Origin: an uncultured Burkholderiales bacterium
Lineage (GTDB): Bacteria > Pseudomonadota > Gammaproteobacteria > Burkholderiales > Burkholderiaceae_C
Length of the DNA stretch: 64,000 nucleotides
Reading direction: 5' to 3'
NCBI GenBank assembly: GCA_903864315.1
Contig: CAIPFK010000100.1
Coordinates: forward strand, 7,728-71,727
Position numbers and translations under genes: made by a program. Within the stretch, counting starts at the first letter, position 1; every line of letters starts with the position of its first letter. Shown here one piece after another: positions 39,001 through 48,010 of the stretch. Under the pieces are notes generated by a model. It ran no database searches and had not been told where the DNA came from. It worked only from the letters and a program-made list of their open reading frames with translations.

Positions 39001-41252
39001 ATGCTCGGTTGTGTGAGTGTTTGATTGGCAGTGAACTTACCAACTTGAATGCTGAAGTTTTGGCTGCCCAAATTGCCAAAGGGCACGACTGAAGGGATCG
39101 AGATGATGGTCTGAGAAGTGCTTGACACTTGCACAATGCCGGTGCTCGGGCCATTGTTGAGGATGGCTGGGTCCAAGCCAAACAAGGTGTAGTTCAGCGT
39201 CGTACCACTCAAAATGTTGCTGGTGCTTAAAAGGAAGGTGGCGTTGCTGCCTTCAGCAACTGAGCTTTGGCTGGCCATCAACCCGGTGATGCTGGGTTCG
39301 TTGAAGGTTACGTTTTGCGTGGTGATGCTGTAGCCGCTGCTGGTGCACAGTTCCACTTGAAAAGTCATTTGGGTTTTGCTGGCATTGAGCCCCAAGGTGC
39401 CATATTGCCCATTTTGCACACTCACTTGCGTGTTCAAGTTGATGGTGGCAACGCCATTGACCAAATTGACCGGATAAACAATCGACCCGTCGGATTGCAA
39501 CACGCCATTGGGCAGTACAAAATAATTGGCCGAGATGCCCGAGATCCGAACGATGGCCGCTCCGGTGAGAAAGTTTGAAGCCACTTTGATCGGAATGGTT
39601 TCTCCATGCAGGAAGCTCGATTTGCTCACACTCACCGTGTTGCTGACATTGGCGGGCAAGGCATTGATGGTCTCGGTCGCCGTCATGCCCATAACACCGA
39701 TGCTCAAAGATTGGGGCGTGGACTGCACCACGCCGTCGTACCCCACAGGGATTTGAATGAGCGCGGTGCCGTCGCTGCCAATCATCACCTTGCTGGAGGC
39801 TTGGCTACCATAGAGCAAGTTCATGTTGGTGCTGCTGAGCGTGTAGTACACCCAAGTGCCTGCCAGAGTCGTGCTCGTCGTGATTTTGAAGCTGGCAATG
39901 CTCGCCTCAGATACGTTGGGCGTCAATGCGGTGAGAGAAAAGTTGTTGCTGGGCACGTAGCTCAGGTTGGTGGGGGTAGGGGTCGACGTGATCTGAAAAA
40001 CCGTTCCGTTTTGGTTGGATCCACCACTGCTGGTCACCCCGTACAAGACTCCCCCAATGATCGCCAACTGATTGGGACTGCCTCCGTTGCTGCCAGAGAA
40101 ATTGTTCAGCGTCGTGAAAGTTTGATAATTGGGTCCACTCAACTCAAAGATGGAGCCGCCATTCAGATTGGAGAGCTCGCCATATAAATTCCCTGCCGTG
40201 TCTATCACCAAGTTGCTCGACGGATTTTCTAGATTGGAGGTGGGGAAGTTGTACAAAACACTGAAATTTTGGAAATTGGCGCCGTTGAGTTCGAAAATGG
40301 TGCCAGAACCTTTGCTTCCTCCCGCGATGGTGACGCCAAACAAATTTCCATTGGCATCCTCGATGAGGGATGTCGGGTAGTTGCCGGTTTGCGCTGAAAA
40401 ATTGACCAAGGTCGTGAGTGTGGTGTTATCGCTCCCACTCAATTGAAACACGGTGCCCAAGTTGTTGCTGCCCCCATCCGTGGTCAGGCCAAAAATCCTG
40501 CCACTGGGGTCAATCATCAAATAGTTGGGCTGATAGCCGTTCGTTCCGTTGAAGTTGACCAAGGTCTTGTAGGTCTGAAAATTGGGTCCGCTCAGCTCAA
40601 AGATGGTTCCCTTGTTGAAACTGCCGCCTTGCATGGTTGCACCAATGAGGCTGCCTGATGCAGACATGACCAAATTGCTGAGGGGCAATGCAGCGTTGCC
40701 TGTGTTGAAGCTATAAAGGGTGGTGAGTGTTTGGTGATTGGCGCCCGAGAGCTCAAACACGGTTCCGACGCTGGACTTGCCACTGCCACCGAGTTGTGTG
40801 GTGCCAAAAATATTGCCCGAGGAGTCTTCAATCAGGCCGCTGAAGGGGTATGCCCCATTGCTGCCATTGAATGACAAGATATTGGTGATGGTTTGGTAGT
40901 TGTTTCCCGAGAGTTGAAATATTGAGCCTTGGTTGCTGGCACCCCCGAGGCTTGCGATGCCCAGCAAATTCCCCGCAGCGTCTGCGATCAAGTTGCCATT
41001 GGGGTTCATGCCTACACTGGACTTGAAGTTGGCCATGGTGGCGAGCATGTTGGCCGAGATGGTGTTGTTGCCCAAATTGAGCGTGACGCCCACGCTCCAG
41101 GTCCCGTTGTTGGACACTGTGGTGGTGGCCACTTGGGTATTGCCATTCCAAATGCCGATACTGGCCCCAGGTGTACCTGTGCCTGCCAGGGTTTGATTGG
41201 CTGAGCCTACTGTGCCAGACGCCGTGGTGATGATGATGCTGTTGCTGGCCAT
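36063..41252 (-). CDS. Large repeat surface protein/adhesin (Ig-like domain, 7 Gloeo_Verruco-type propeller repeats, repeated ~95-aa beta-sandwich modules, C-terminal Ig-like domain)
   Basis: 1729-aa Ser/Thr/Gly/Asn-rich ORF; GNLFGxTxxGG..GTVFELSG x7; SVxEG..YTLSG..SIPT..GNKT modules. Confidence 0.85.
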   Translation of the reverse strand: MASNSIIITTASGTVGSANQTLAGTGTPGASIGIWNGNTQVATTTVSNNGTWSVGVTLNLGNNTISANMLATMANFKSSVGMNPNGNLIADAAGNLLGIASLGGASNQGSIFQLSGNNYQTITNILSFNGSNGAYPFSGLIEDSSGNIFGTTQLGGSGKSSVGTVFELSGANHQTLTTLYSFNTGNAALPLSNLVMSASGSLIGATMQGGSFNKGTIFELSGPNFQTYKTLVNFNGTNGYQPNYLMIDPSGRIFGLTTDGGSNNLGTVFQLSGSDNTTLTTLVNFSAQTGNYPTSLIEDANGNLFGVTIAGGSKGSGTIFELNGANFQNFSVLYNFPTSNLENPSSNLVIDTAGNLYGELSNLNGGSIFELSGPNYQTFTTLNNFSGSNGGSPNQLAIIGGVLYGVTSSGGSNQNGTVFQITSTPTPTNLSYVPSNNFSLTALTPNVSEASIASFKITTSTTLAGTWVYYTLSSTNMNLLYGSQASSKVMIGSDGTALIQIPVGYDGVVQSTPQSLSIGVMGMTATETINALPANVSNTVSVSKSSFLHGETIPIKVASNFLTGAAIVRISGISANYFVLPNGVLQSDGSIVYPVNLVNGVATINLNTQVSVQNGQYGTLGLNASKTQMTFQVELCTSSGYSITTQNVTFNEPSITGLMASQSSVAEGSNATFLLSTSNILSGTTLNYTLFGLDPAILNNGPSTGIVQVSSTSQTIISIPSVVPFGNLGSQNFSIQVGKFTANQTLTQPSIPSVTWPLAAGGAWNTASNWTSGMLPNLSTNVNIVNSSTVLVSGSASAYTLTLSNTPLSIQTNSLLNATYLYSANSDLDLAGNLNVSSAIVAYRTINLSGGSINAGTITGNYGYIQGYGIVNANFTGANAFNASAQGSTSTNPVLQINGALSLITTSTNSTVNTGSTLELNNTTSSNFNIPVQMLGTNATLKLDNPGLYTGSISSFVFGDQLDLAGFIATSVSYSAGVLSVVNASGKTLTFNLAGSLLGGYPIIASDGSGGTIVSFSKTPPVNLSLTASASQYIEGQSVVLNLVTSGLSAGAILPYTLSGVSASDIASGQLSGTVTVDANGLATLTIPTLTHMSNLGNKTLGVTITGSGPNNSSSTASVSTTLIDNATLKGMSFGLSAKSTSLVEGNNAVFTLTSSSIPNGTIAQFSISGSVGPGDYTSISNSVVFNNGQATISIPTTVHAYSLGNKTMSVNVDGQSASVTLIDNSPSPPIYSITPTASSVNAGQTVIFTVNTINVPFGSSVNYTISGVSAANVVSGQLSGSVMIASPGVANISIPTTPSSSYQGNKTMTVSVNGVSASETLIDMAAKPTYTLKANASSVNFGSAASFSLSTTNLPNATQVFYTLSGVSAASDLGSANLTGSVNIDPSGKATISIPTLNHTGFQGNKTLTLTINDQTASETLIDTNQALNISATSASVIEGNNANFIVSSVNVPVGTAVPYSITGSVAATDLKSGSLTGSVVIDAGGVTNLNISTLTHPTFQGNKTMTVTLGNSSATLDLIDKAVLAPDQFDGTYLSINKLMMGGVTYSNMIVTVSSVVSIANGLPATAYDTYDATTQRLTAPVIQFGNTIYTNAVLQLTSNSIVAQNGGLVNPPSTTPPNISLLSQSPLNKTSGSASSDVIFTFSQFITPSAGNITITAPNGQQSLLDITSNPYIQISGNTLTVLHSNFYQTSGPYQFSIPSGIIHGVSGGNFVGVSDYSVNLTGLSS

Positions 41253-41581
41253 TGAGTGGGTAGGTTGCGGGTCAAATGAATGTCAATCAACTTGAAATCG
41301 GCGCATGGCGCCAACAACTTGAATTGAAGGCCATCGGCACCCTTGTAGAAAACACGCGAAGTGCGATCATACAAGTTTCATTTTTTGATGGCTATCTATT
41401 TGAGCCTGGATTCTTACGGTTTTGTAATGAATGATGGGGGTAACACCGGCATTCCAGCTCACAAAGGAATCCTGTCAGAATCAATGGACGGTGGGCAAAT
41501 GCCAGAAACAGCTCTCAAAGGACCGTGATCCAGCACCACGAGCGTTGGATTGGATTTTTTGGCAACCAGCGCCGCCGCTGA

Positions 41582-42025
41582 CTACTTGAGGTAGATGGCC
41601 AGGCCCCAAATACCCGTAATGGCCATCCATATTTTCAAACTGTGTTGACTCAAAATTTTCACGGCTTTGTCTTCCCAGGTCATCTTGGTGTTCGGGGCAT
41701 TGGTGTTGCCCACCCAAGAACGCTCGGGCTTGGTTCCTGAACTTTGTCCCCAAACATTGGGATTGGAGTTGATAAATCCATAGGGATTGGGGCTTTGTGG
41801 AGGTGTGAGCGCCATGTCTAACTGGGATTCTTTCATGTGCTTTTGTAAACGCGTTAACTCCAACTCCAAGCCAATGGCTCGTTGAACCAACAAGTAATGG
41901 GCATCCGGCGTGAGGTCCATTTGCTCTCGAATGAGCTTATTGGCCAAGGGGTCTTTGAAGCGCATCGGAGTCTGATTGAGTTGTCGTAAAAAACCCATCA
42001 GTAAAGTGCATTCATTCTCGGTCAT
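41582..42025 (-). CDS. DUF2076-like protein
   Basis: MTxxExxLLxxFLxQL...KDPxAxxLI...PDAHYLLVQRA; C-terminal TM. Confidence 0.75.
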   Translation of the reverse strand: MTENECTLLMGFLRQLNQTPMRFKDPLANKLIREQMDLTPDAHYLLVQRAIGLELELTRLQKHMKESQLDMALTPPQSPNPYGFINSNPNVWGQSSGTKPERSWVGNTNAPNTKMTWEDKAVKILSQHSLKIWMAITGIWGLAIYLK

Positions 42026-42055
42026 GTTGAATCCTTGTGTCTATTGATGCGTGAT

Positions 42056-42080
42056 GATCGGGGATCGGGGATCGGGGATC
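42056..42080 (+). repeat. (GATCGGG)x3.6 heptamer microsatellite upstream of DUF2076 gene
   Basis: gatcggg gatcggg gatcggg gatc. Confidence 0.85.
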
Positions 42081-42231
42081 ATGGGTTGAGATCAACACGG
42101 TCAAATGCTGAAATGACTGACCCAACTGCTCACTTGTTCATTGCAATGGATGTGGGTCAATAGGGTGCAATGGAAACGGATTGACATTATCAATCCCAAT
42201 ATCCTTCTTAACGACGCCCCCAGCACAATTC

Positions 42232-42245
42232 AAGGGAATACCCTT
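42232..42245. promoter_or_regulatory. Palindrome AAGGGAATACCCTT (TAGGG-N4-CCCTA-like)
   Basis: About 100 bp upstream of B12-binding gene; resembles sites at 46623 and 59259. Confidence 0.5.
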
Positions 42246-42341
42246 TGGTGGTTTTTACTATCGAAAAATATTGATAAACTCAGTAAATTAGGTACGCAAT
42301 GGCTATCTCGCTGTTGCCCATTTTTTTGAAAGCTGTCAAAT

Positions 42342-43256
42342 ATGAATTCGGAAGCAGTCGAATCACATGGTTTTGACGGACAGATTTCATTGCCCTCTCT
42401 TGACTTGACATTGATGTCTGTCTTTTCAAGGAATTCAGGCAGCGCATCCAACGACTCCCATCCCAAGAAATTAAAATATCTCTCCTCTGAATGTGAGTCT
42501 TCAATCCAATCCGTGATTGATTCTCAAATCATTCCAAGGCTTTTGAGCTCTCAGAGTCTTCATCTGAGACAGACTCATTCAACCCAAGAGACACACCTCT
42601 TGCCCACGCGTTCTGAGTTGGATACATTCTCTGCATTGACCATTGACGAAGGCCCATTGTTGGCCCAGGCTTTTGTGGAGCAAATGCTGGCAAAGGGGAT
42701 GAGCCGAGAAACCGTTTTCTTGGAATTGATCACCCCGGCAGCGAGGTATTTGGGTCAGCTGTGGGAGGAGGAGAAAATTGACTTTTTGGAGGTCACCCAT
42801 GGTCTGATCAGGCTGCAGTCCATCACGCATCTCATTGGCTACGCCAATCAGCACGGCCCCTTGGCCAGTGGTGAGGTGAAGCGGGTGATGATCGCATCTG
42901 CCCCTGGTTCCGAGCATTTGCTGGGAGCGAGCATCGTCTCAGAGTTTTTTCGCAAAGCCGCTTGGCAAGTGGTCTTGGAGGTCTCTCCCTCGTCCAAGGA
43001 GCTCGTGCAAGCGGTCCAACGGGAGTGGTTCGATGCCATCGGCTTGTCGGTCAGTGTTGAAGTCCAATTGAAAGGCCTGGGCGCCTTGATTGAACAAATT
43101 AAAAAATCATCCCTCAACCCGCGCTCAGTTATTTTGCTGGGGGGCCCCATCTTCACCGTGATGGACCTCAAGGCGAGTGACTTTGGCGTGGATGGCATCA
43201 GTGTTGACGCCATTGAAGCCGTGGCCTTGGCCGCATCATTGCAACCCAAAGATTGA
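42342..43256 (+). CDS. Cobalamin B12-binding domain protein, AerR/PpaA-like
   Basis: IIPRL, LITPAARYLGQLWEE..DFLEVTHG, APGSEHLLG (B12-ligating His motif), IGLSVS, LLGGP. Confidence 0.82.
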   Translation: MNSEAVESHGFDGQISLPSLDLTLMSVFSRNSGSASNDSHPKKLKYLSSECESSIQSVIDSQIIPRLLSSQSLHLRQTHSTQETHLLPTRSELDTFSALTIDEGPLLAQAFVEQMLAKGMSRETVFLELITPAARYLGQLWEEEKIDFLEVTHGLIRLQSITHLIGYANQHGPLASGEVKRVMIASAPGSEHLLGASIVSEFFRKAAWQVVLEVSPSSKELVQAVQREWFDAIGLSVSVEVQLKGLGALIEQIKKSSLNPRSVILLGGPIFTVMDLKASDFGVDGISVDAIEAVALAASLQPKD

Positions 43257-43554
43257 GCACAATGGGTCACGGTCAGGCCCTTGTGGATGGCGTCGATGGA
43301 CGCTTCCAGGCTCCCAGAGGACCACGCGCTGCCATTCGCCAGGCCCGATGAAATCATCCGAGCCGCTTGGCCAAAAAGCGAAAACAGGGCTCTCGCCGCT
43401 CAATACAGGCCTCTTGGGCTGTGCCTTGACCTTTTCGTGAGGACAGGCTCATGGCCCATCGACTGGCTTTAGAATCCTCACCTTGGGCGCAATTCGTATC
43501 AACTGTTGTTGATCACACTCGATTTTGCCAGATGCACATTAGGTGAAAGTTTTC

Positions 43555-44697
43555 ATGAATTTTGATATCCCCCATGAACTGCAAATGATTCAACACACGG
43601 TTGAGTCCTATGTCAAAAAAGAGTTGCGTCCTCTTGAAAAGCAAATTGAAGAGGATGACCACATCGCCAAAGAGTTGGACCTCGCGCTGAGAAAAAAAGC
43701 GGTGGCTGTGGGGCTTTATGGGCACAACTTGCCAGAAAACCTTGGAGGCGGTGGCGTGAGCACCCTGGGGCAAGCCTTGATTGGTGAGGAGCTCGGACGC
43801 ACCACCATGGCACTGGCTTCAACCGTGGGGTATTTGCCGGGAAGCTTGCGCTTCACAAATGAGTCCCAACGCCCGTGGTTTTTAGATCCCATTCTCCAGG
43901 CTGAAAAGATCGTGGCCTATGCCGTCACTGAGCCCGATGCGGGGTCAGATTTTGGCCGGGTCACGACGAGTGCCAAACGTGAAAATGGCCGTTGGCGCTT
44001 GAACGGAACCAAGCAATACATCTCCAATGCGGAGTCCGCTGACTTCATCTTGGTGGTGGCGGTGACCGACCCCACTGCACCGCTTCGATCGCGATTCACC
44101 ATGTTCATTGTGGACACGACAAGCCCGGGCTACTCTTACGTGCGAACATTCAAAAAAATGGGTTGGCGAGGTCACCCATTGGGTGTGTTTGTGCTGGAGG
44201 ACTGCTGGCTCGATGACCACCACGTGCTCGGTGAGGTTGGCGGTGGGTTTGCCGCGGTCATGTCCACCATCAATGCCACACGTGTGCACTTGAGTGGTCG
44301 CTACATAGGGATGGCCAACGTGTTGATGGAGATGGCGCTGGATTATGCGGCGCAGCGGGTCACCTCAGGCGTGCCGCTCAGTCAGCACCAATCCTTGCAG
44401 TTCATGTTGGCTGACAGTGATGTGGAGAAAAATGCCGCTCGCCTCCTCATGTTCATGGCCGCCCAAGAGGCCGACGCAGGAAACCCCCACGCCCGCATTT
44501 CTGCAGCCCAATGCAAACTCTACGGCAGCGAGATGGTGGGTCGAGTGGCAGACCGCGTGGTGCAAATTTTTGGGGGTGCAGGCTTTGTGAGCGATTTGCC
44601 CATTGAGCGCATGTACCGCGATGCGCGTGCCTTCAGAATAGGCGAGGGCACTTCGGAGATCTTGAGGATACAAATTGCCCGCAATTTACTGGGTTAA
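43555..44697 (+). CDS. Acyl-CoA dehydrogenase
   Basis: AVTEPDAGSD, LNGTKQYISN, QIFGGAGF, YRDARAFRIGEGTSEI. Confidence 0.94.
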   Translation: MNFDIPHELQMIQHTVESYVKKELRPLEKQIEEDDHIAKELDLALRKKAVAVGLYGHNLPENLGGGGVSTLGQALIGEELGRTTMALASTVGYLPGSLRFTNESQRPWFLDPILQAEKIVAYAVTEPDAGSDFGRVTTSAKRENGRWRLNGTKQYISNAESADFILVVAVTDPTAPLRSRFTMFIVDTTSPGYSYVRTFKKMGWRGHPLGVFVLEDCWLDDHHVLGEVGGGFAAVMSTINATRVHLSGRYIGMANVLMEMALDYAAQRVTSGVPLSQHQSLQFMLADSDVEKNAARLLMFMAAQEADAGNPHARISAAQCKLYGSEMVGRVADRVVQIFGGAGFVSDLPIERMYRDARAFRIGEGTSEILRIQIARNLLG

Positions 44698-44754
44698 AGT
44701 CTGAGCCGTGATGCACGCCTATTCAATCTCCCTCTCGAACGCAAAGGACTTGCA

Positions 44755-45552
44755 ATGACGAACGAACTCGAGCACAACGCGCAACGCGTGGGTTTTGCGA
44801 TGCACGGTCACGTGGGGGTGTTGACCATGCAACACCACGAACAGCACAATGCACTCGGGCCCTTGCAGGTGAAAGCCTTCTTGGCCGCTCACGCTCAAAG
44901 TCGCACTCAAAAAGCGCGTGCATTGGTGATCACCTCAAGCGACAAGCATTTCTGTGCTGGAGCCGACATCAATGAATTTTTAAAGGGGCAATTGCTCAAC
45001 CCACAGGCTCCCGTCGCAGAGTATGCACCGATGGTGCTTTTTCAAACGCTGATCGACGATTCCCGCCCCATCATCGCCGCGGTCAATGGCGCGGCCTTGG
45101 GCGGGGGCGTTGAAGTGGTGATGTGTTCGGATTTGGTGCTGGCGACTCCTGCGGCCAAATTTGGCATGCCCGAGATCAGCTTGGGGATTTTGCCAAGAAC
45201 TGCGACAGTGCGTTTGTCTGAAATCATCGGCAGACGCCGAGCTCTGGAGATGATACTGACTCGCAGACGCATCGATGCCAACGAGGCTTTGTCGTGGGGT
45301 CTGATCAACCGGGTGTGTGAGCCAGAGCACTTGCTCGCCGAGTCCATTGCGCTGGCCAATGACATCATCAGCGCACCCCCCACCATCATCGGGGCAGTCA
45401 AGCGCAATTTGGGTCGTGTGGACCCCAACGACTGGCAAGCCATTCACCACTTGCTAGGCGAGATGGACCCCAAGGAGTGGCGCGAGGGCTTGACGGCTTT
45501 CAAAGAAAAGCGCGCCGTGGATTTTGATCAGTTTTGGCAAGCAAAAGACTGA
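44755..45552 (+). CDS. Enoyl-CoA hydratase/isomerase (crotonase)
   Basis: FCAGADI, AVNGAALGGGVE, FGMPEISLG. Confidence 0.92.
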   Translation: MTNELEHNAQRVGFAMHGHVGVLTMQHHEQHNALGPLQVKAFLAAHAQSRTQKARALVITSSDKHFCAGADINEFLKGQLLNPQAPVAEYAPMVLFQTLIDDSRPIIAAVNGAALGGGVEVVMCSDLVLATPAAKFGMPEISLGILPRTATVRLSEIIGRRRALEMILTRRRIDANEALSWGLINRVCEPEHLLAESIALANDIISAPPTIIGAVKRNLGRVDPNDWQAIHHLLGEMDPKEWREGLTAFKEKRAVDFDQFWQAKD

Positions 45553-45574
45553 CCGTGTGGGCTGATCGTGGAAC

Positions 45575-46546
45575 TCAGTCGAGCTGCAACTTGATATCCT
45601 TGGAAACTCTGGCCCACTTGAGGGTCTCGCTCTCAATGCGCTCGCTGAATTGTGCTGGGCTTCCCGTGGCAGGCAAGAGGCCTTGAGACCTTAATTTTTT
45701 AATGATCTCCGGGTCTTTGAACACTTCCTTGATTTCGGTGTTGAGTCGCTCAATGACCTCGCTGGGTGTTCCAGTCGGTGCCATCAAACCATTCCAATCC
45801 AAGACCTCAAATCCACTCACCGACTCTGCAACGGCGGGTGTTTCAGGAAAATCACTGACGCGGGTCAAACTCGATAGACCCAAAGCTCTCAACTTGTTGC
45901 CCTTGACCAGCGGCCAAGCCGGCGGTTGGCCTCCAAAGGTGAAGGTCACGTCCCCTGCGATCACCGACGTCAATGCGGCAGGCGCTGCTTTATAGGGGAT
46001 GTGGGTGATGTTGATGCCAGCCATGGCGCCAAATAAAACGCCCGCCATGTGGGATGCCGTGCCGTTACCAGCAGAAGAAAAAGTGATTTTTTCTGGGTTC
46101 TTTTTTGCATACGCAATCACATCGCTCACGGTTTTGAAGGGGGACTCGGCAGAGACCACCATCAAAAGCGGTGTCGTCACCGACATCGAAATGGGCGCAA
46201 AGTCTTTTTTGCTGTCATAGGGAAGATTGGTATAGATGTTGGGGTTGATGGTCAGTGTGCCCACATGCCCAACCACCAAGGTGTAACCATCGGCTGGCGC
46301 CTTGGCGGCAGCTCCCAAGCCAATGGCTCCACCTGCGCCGACACGGTTGTCGATCACGATGGGTTGGCCCAAACGCTCTGACAATTTCGGCGTGATCACC
46401 CTTGCCACGGCGTCTGGCGAAGAGCCTGCCGCATGTGGAATGATGAGTTTGATGGGGTGGTTGGGATAGCCCTCGGACCAAGCGCCAAGGCTCAGCGTAC
46501 TCAATGACAGGCCTACCAACAGGGGGAGCAACAAATTTTTAGACAT
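45575..46546 (-). CDS. Bug/TctC substrate-binding protein
   Basis: YPNHPIKLIIPHAAGSSPD, ADGYT, HIPYK. Confidence 0.92.
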   Translation of the reverse strand: MSKNLLLPLLVGLSLSTLSLGAWSEGYPNHPIKLIIPHAAGSSPDAVARVITPKLSERLGQPIVIDNRVGAGGAIGLGAAAKAPADGYTLVVGHVGTLTINPNIYTNLPYDSKKDFAPISMSVTTPLLMVVSAESPFKTVSDVIAYAKKNPEKITFSSAGNGTASHMAGVLFGAMAGINITHIPYKAAPAALTSVIAGDVTFTFGGQPPAWPLVKGNKLRALGLSSLTRVSDFPETPAVAESVSGFEVLDWNGLMAPTGTPSEVIERLNTEIKEVFKDPEIIKKLRSQGLLPATGSPAQFSERIESETLKWARVSKDIKLQLD

Positions 46547-46621
46547 GGTGAAGATTCAATTCGCAAACAAAGTTGGATTATCGTCATTGGAGAGTTCAAT
46601 GGGGACAATAAAAGGCAGGCA

Positions 46622-46637
46622 CTAGGGTTAACGCTAG
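46622..46637. promoter_or_regulatory. Palindrome CTAGGGTTAACGCTAG
   Basis: In the divergent bug / leuC-like intergenic region. Confidence 0.55.
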
Positions 46638-46753
46638 GTGTCTTGTGTTGAGGGAGGTCTTCAGGCGGCGATGCTTCGACGCCTTGCTCTAGGCATCAAT
46701 CCCCTATACTTGCGACTCAAGAAAATTGAATTTTTTGAAAGTTCGAGAACCAC

Positions 46754-48010
46754 ATGACGCAAGCACAAACCTCAGTTCAAAAGATACTGGCCCATGCCAG
46801 TGGCCTGCAGTCGACCCAGGTGGGTGAGATCGTCTACCCCACACCCCAATGGGTCATCCTTCATGATGGGTATGTCGAAATTGCTCACAAAGAACTCAGT
46901 GAAATGGGCTATGCAAGGGTGGCACATCCCGAGCGTGTCATGTTTGTGACCGACCATGAAGTGGCCTATTCCACCCAACGGGCTTTGCTTCGGGGTCAGA
47001 CCATCCGCAAAGTGGCCAAAGATTGGCAAGTGGGCGAGTTTTTTGATGCGGGCAGAGCCGGGCATGGACACCTGCATCCCATGGAGATGGGGTTGATCAA
47101 GCCCGGCATGTTCGTGTTTGCGTATGACATGCATGCCACCAACTTTGGTGCCGTGGGGGCCTTGGCCATTCCCGTGAGCTCTGAGATCACCAGTGTGTTG
47201 GCCACTGGCAGCGTTTGGGTCAAAGTGCCCTCAACCATCCGAGTGAATTTGAGCGGCCAATGGCGCGAGGGCTCACACCCAAGAGACTTGGGTTTTTTGT
47301 TGGCCCAGGGCCTCTCGAAAAGCACCTGGGGGGTTGCAGGAGACTACCGGCTCATTGAGTTTGTGGGAGATGCGCTCAGTAGCATGCCCTTGTCAAGCAA
47401 GGTGGCCTTGTGCAATTCCATCACGGAAATTGGTGTGGCCTCGGTGCTTTTCCCTCAGCACCTCGATGCCTCCTATGATTGTCTGAGTGATGAGGGGGCT
47501 GAATTTGAGGCTCTTTTGGACTTTGATTTGTCTCTCATTGAGCCCCAACTTGCACTCCCAGGCGGTCCCGATCTGGCTTGTCCTGTCAGTCAAGCATTGG
47601 GGACCCCAGTGCAGCACGCCTTCATTGGTGCTTGTGGCTCGGGCATGTATGAAGACTTTGTGGATGCTGCGGCACTCTTGAAGGGACACCACGTCAGTGC
47701 CGATGTCAGGATGTTCGTGGTGCCGGGCACCGTCCAGACTCAAAAACGGCTGGCCAATGATGGCATATTGCAGCAATTCATGGATGCAGGGGCCATGGTG
47801 TTGCCCCCAGGTTGCGGGCCTTGTGCAGGGGGCATGATGGCCCCTCTTGGCTCGGGGGAGACGTCCATCTCAACCGCCGCCACCAATCACACGGGTCGTT
47901 TTGGTCCCAAGGACAGCCTGGCCTATTTGGGCAGTCCACTCACCGTGGTGGCGTCAGCCATTCGCGGTGAGATTACCGATCCACGATCGCTGGAGGTGGT
48001 CCATGCATAA
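46754..48010 (+). CDS. Aconitase-family hydro-lyase large subunit (LeuC/DmdA-like)
   Basis: KILAHASG, VTDH, FIGAC, PGCGPC Fe-S cysteines, YLGSP..ASAIRG. Confidence 0.88.
   Translation: MTQAQTSVQKILAHASGLQSTQVGEIVYPTPQWVILHDGYVEIAHKELSEMGYARVAHPERVMFVTDHEVAYSTQRALLRGQTIRKVAKDWQVGEFFDAGRAGHGHLHPMEMGLIKPGMFVFAYDMHATNFGAVGALAIPVSSEITSVLATGSVWVKVPSTIRVNLSGQWREGSHPRDLGFLLAQGLSKSTWGVAGDYRLIEFVGDALSSMPLSSKVALCNSITEIGVASVLFPQHLDASYDCLSDEGAEFEALLDFDLSLIEPQLALPGGPDLACPVSQALGTPVQHAFIGACGSGMYEDFVDAAALLKGHHVSADVRMFVVPGTVQTQKRLANDGILQQFMDAGAMVLPPGCGPCAGGMMAPLGSGETSISTAATNHTGRFGPKDSLAYLGSPLTVVASAIRGEITDPRSLEVVHA

Noticed and set aside
42147-42194. FNR-like boxes (TGGATGTGGGTCAA; TTGACATTATCAA) and PpsR sites upstream of the B12-binding gene
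   Set aside because: Two mismatches or a spacer one base short; no TGT-N12-ACA found by eye
43257-43542. GC-rich spacer as possible cobalamin riboswitch or small ORF
   Set aside because: No B12-box or conserved riboswitch core recognised; the short ORF lacks support
47847-48002. ORF-track N-terminal extension of the small subunit (similar over-long starts at 10173, 11959, 19385, 21887, 34391, 61928)
   Set aside because: Overlap upstream genes or lack an RBS; downstream ATGs fit family N-termini better
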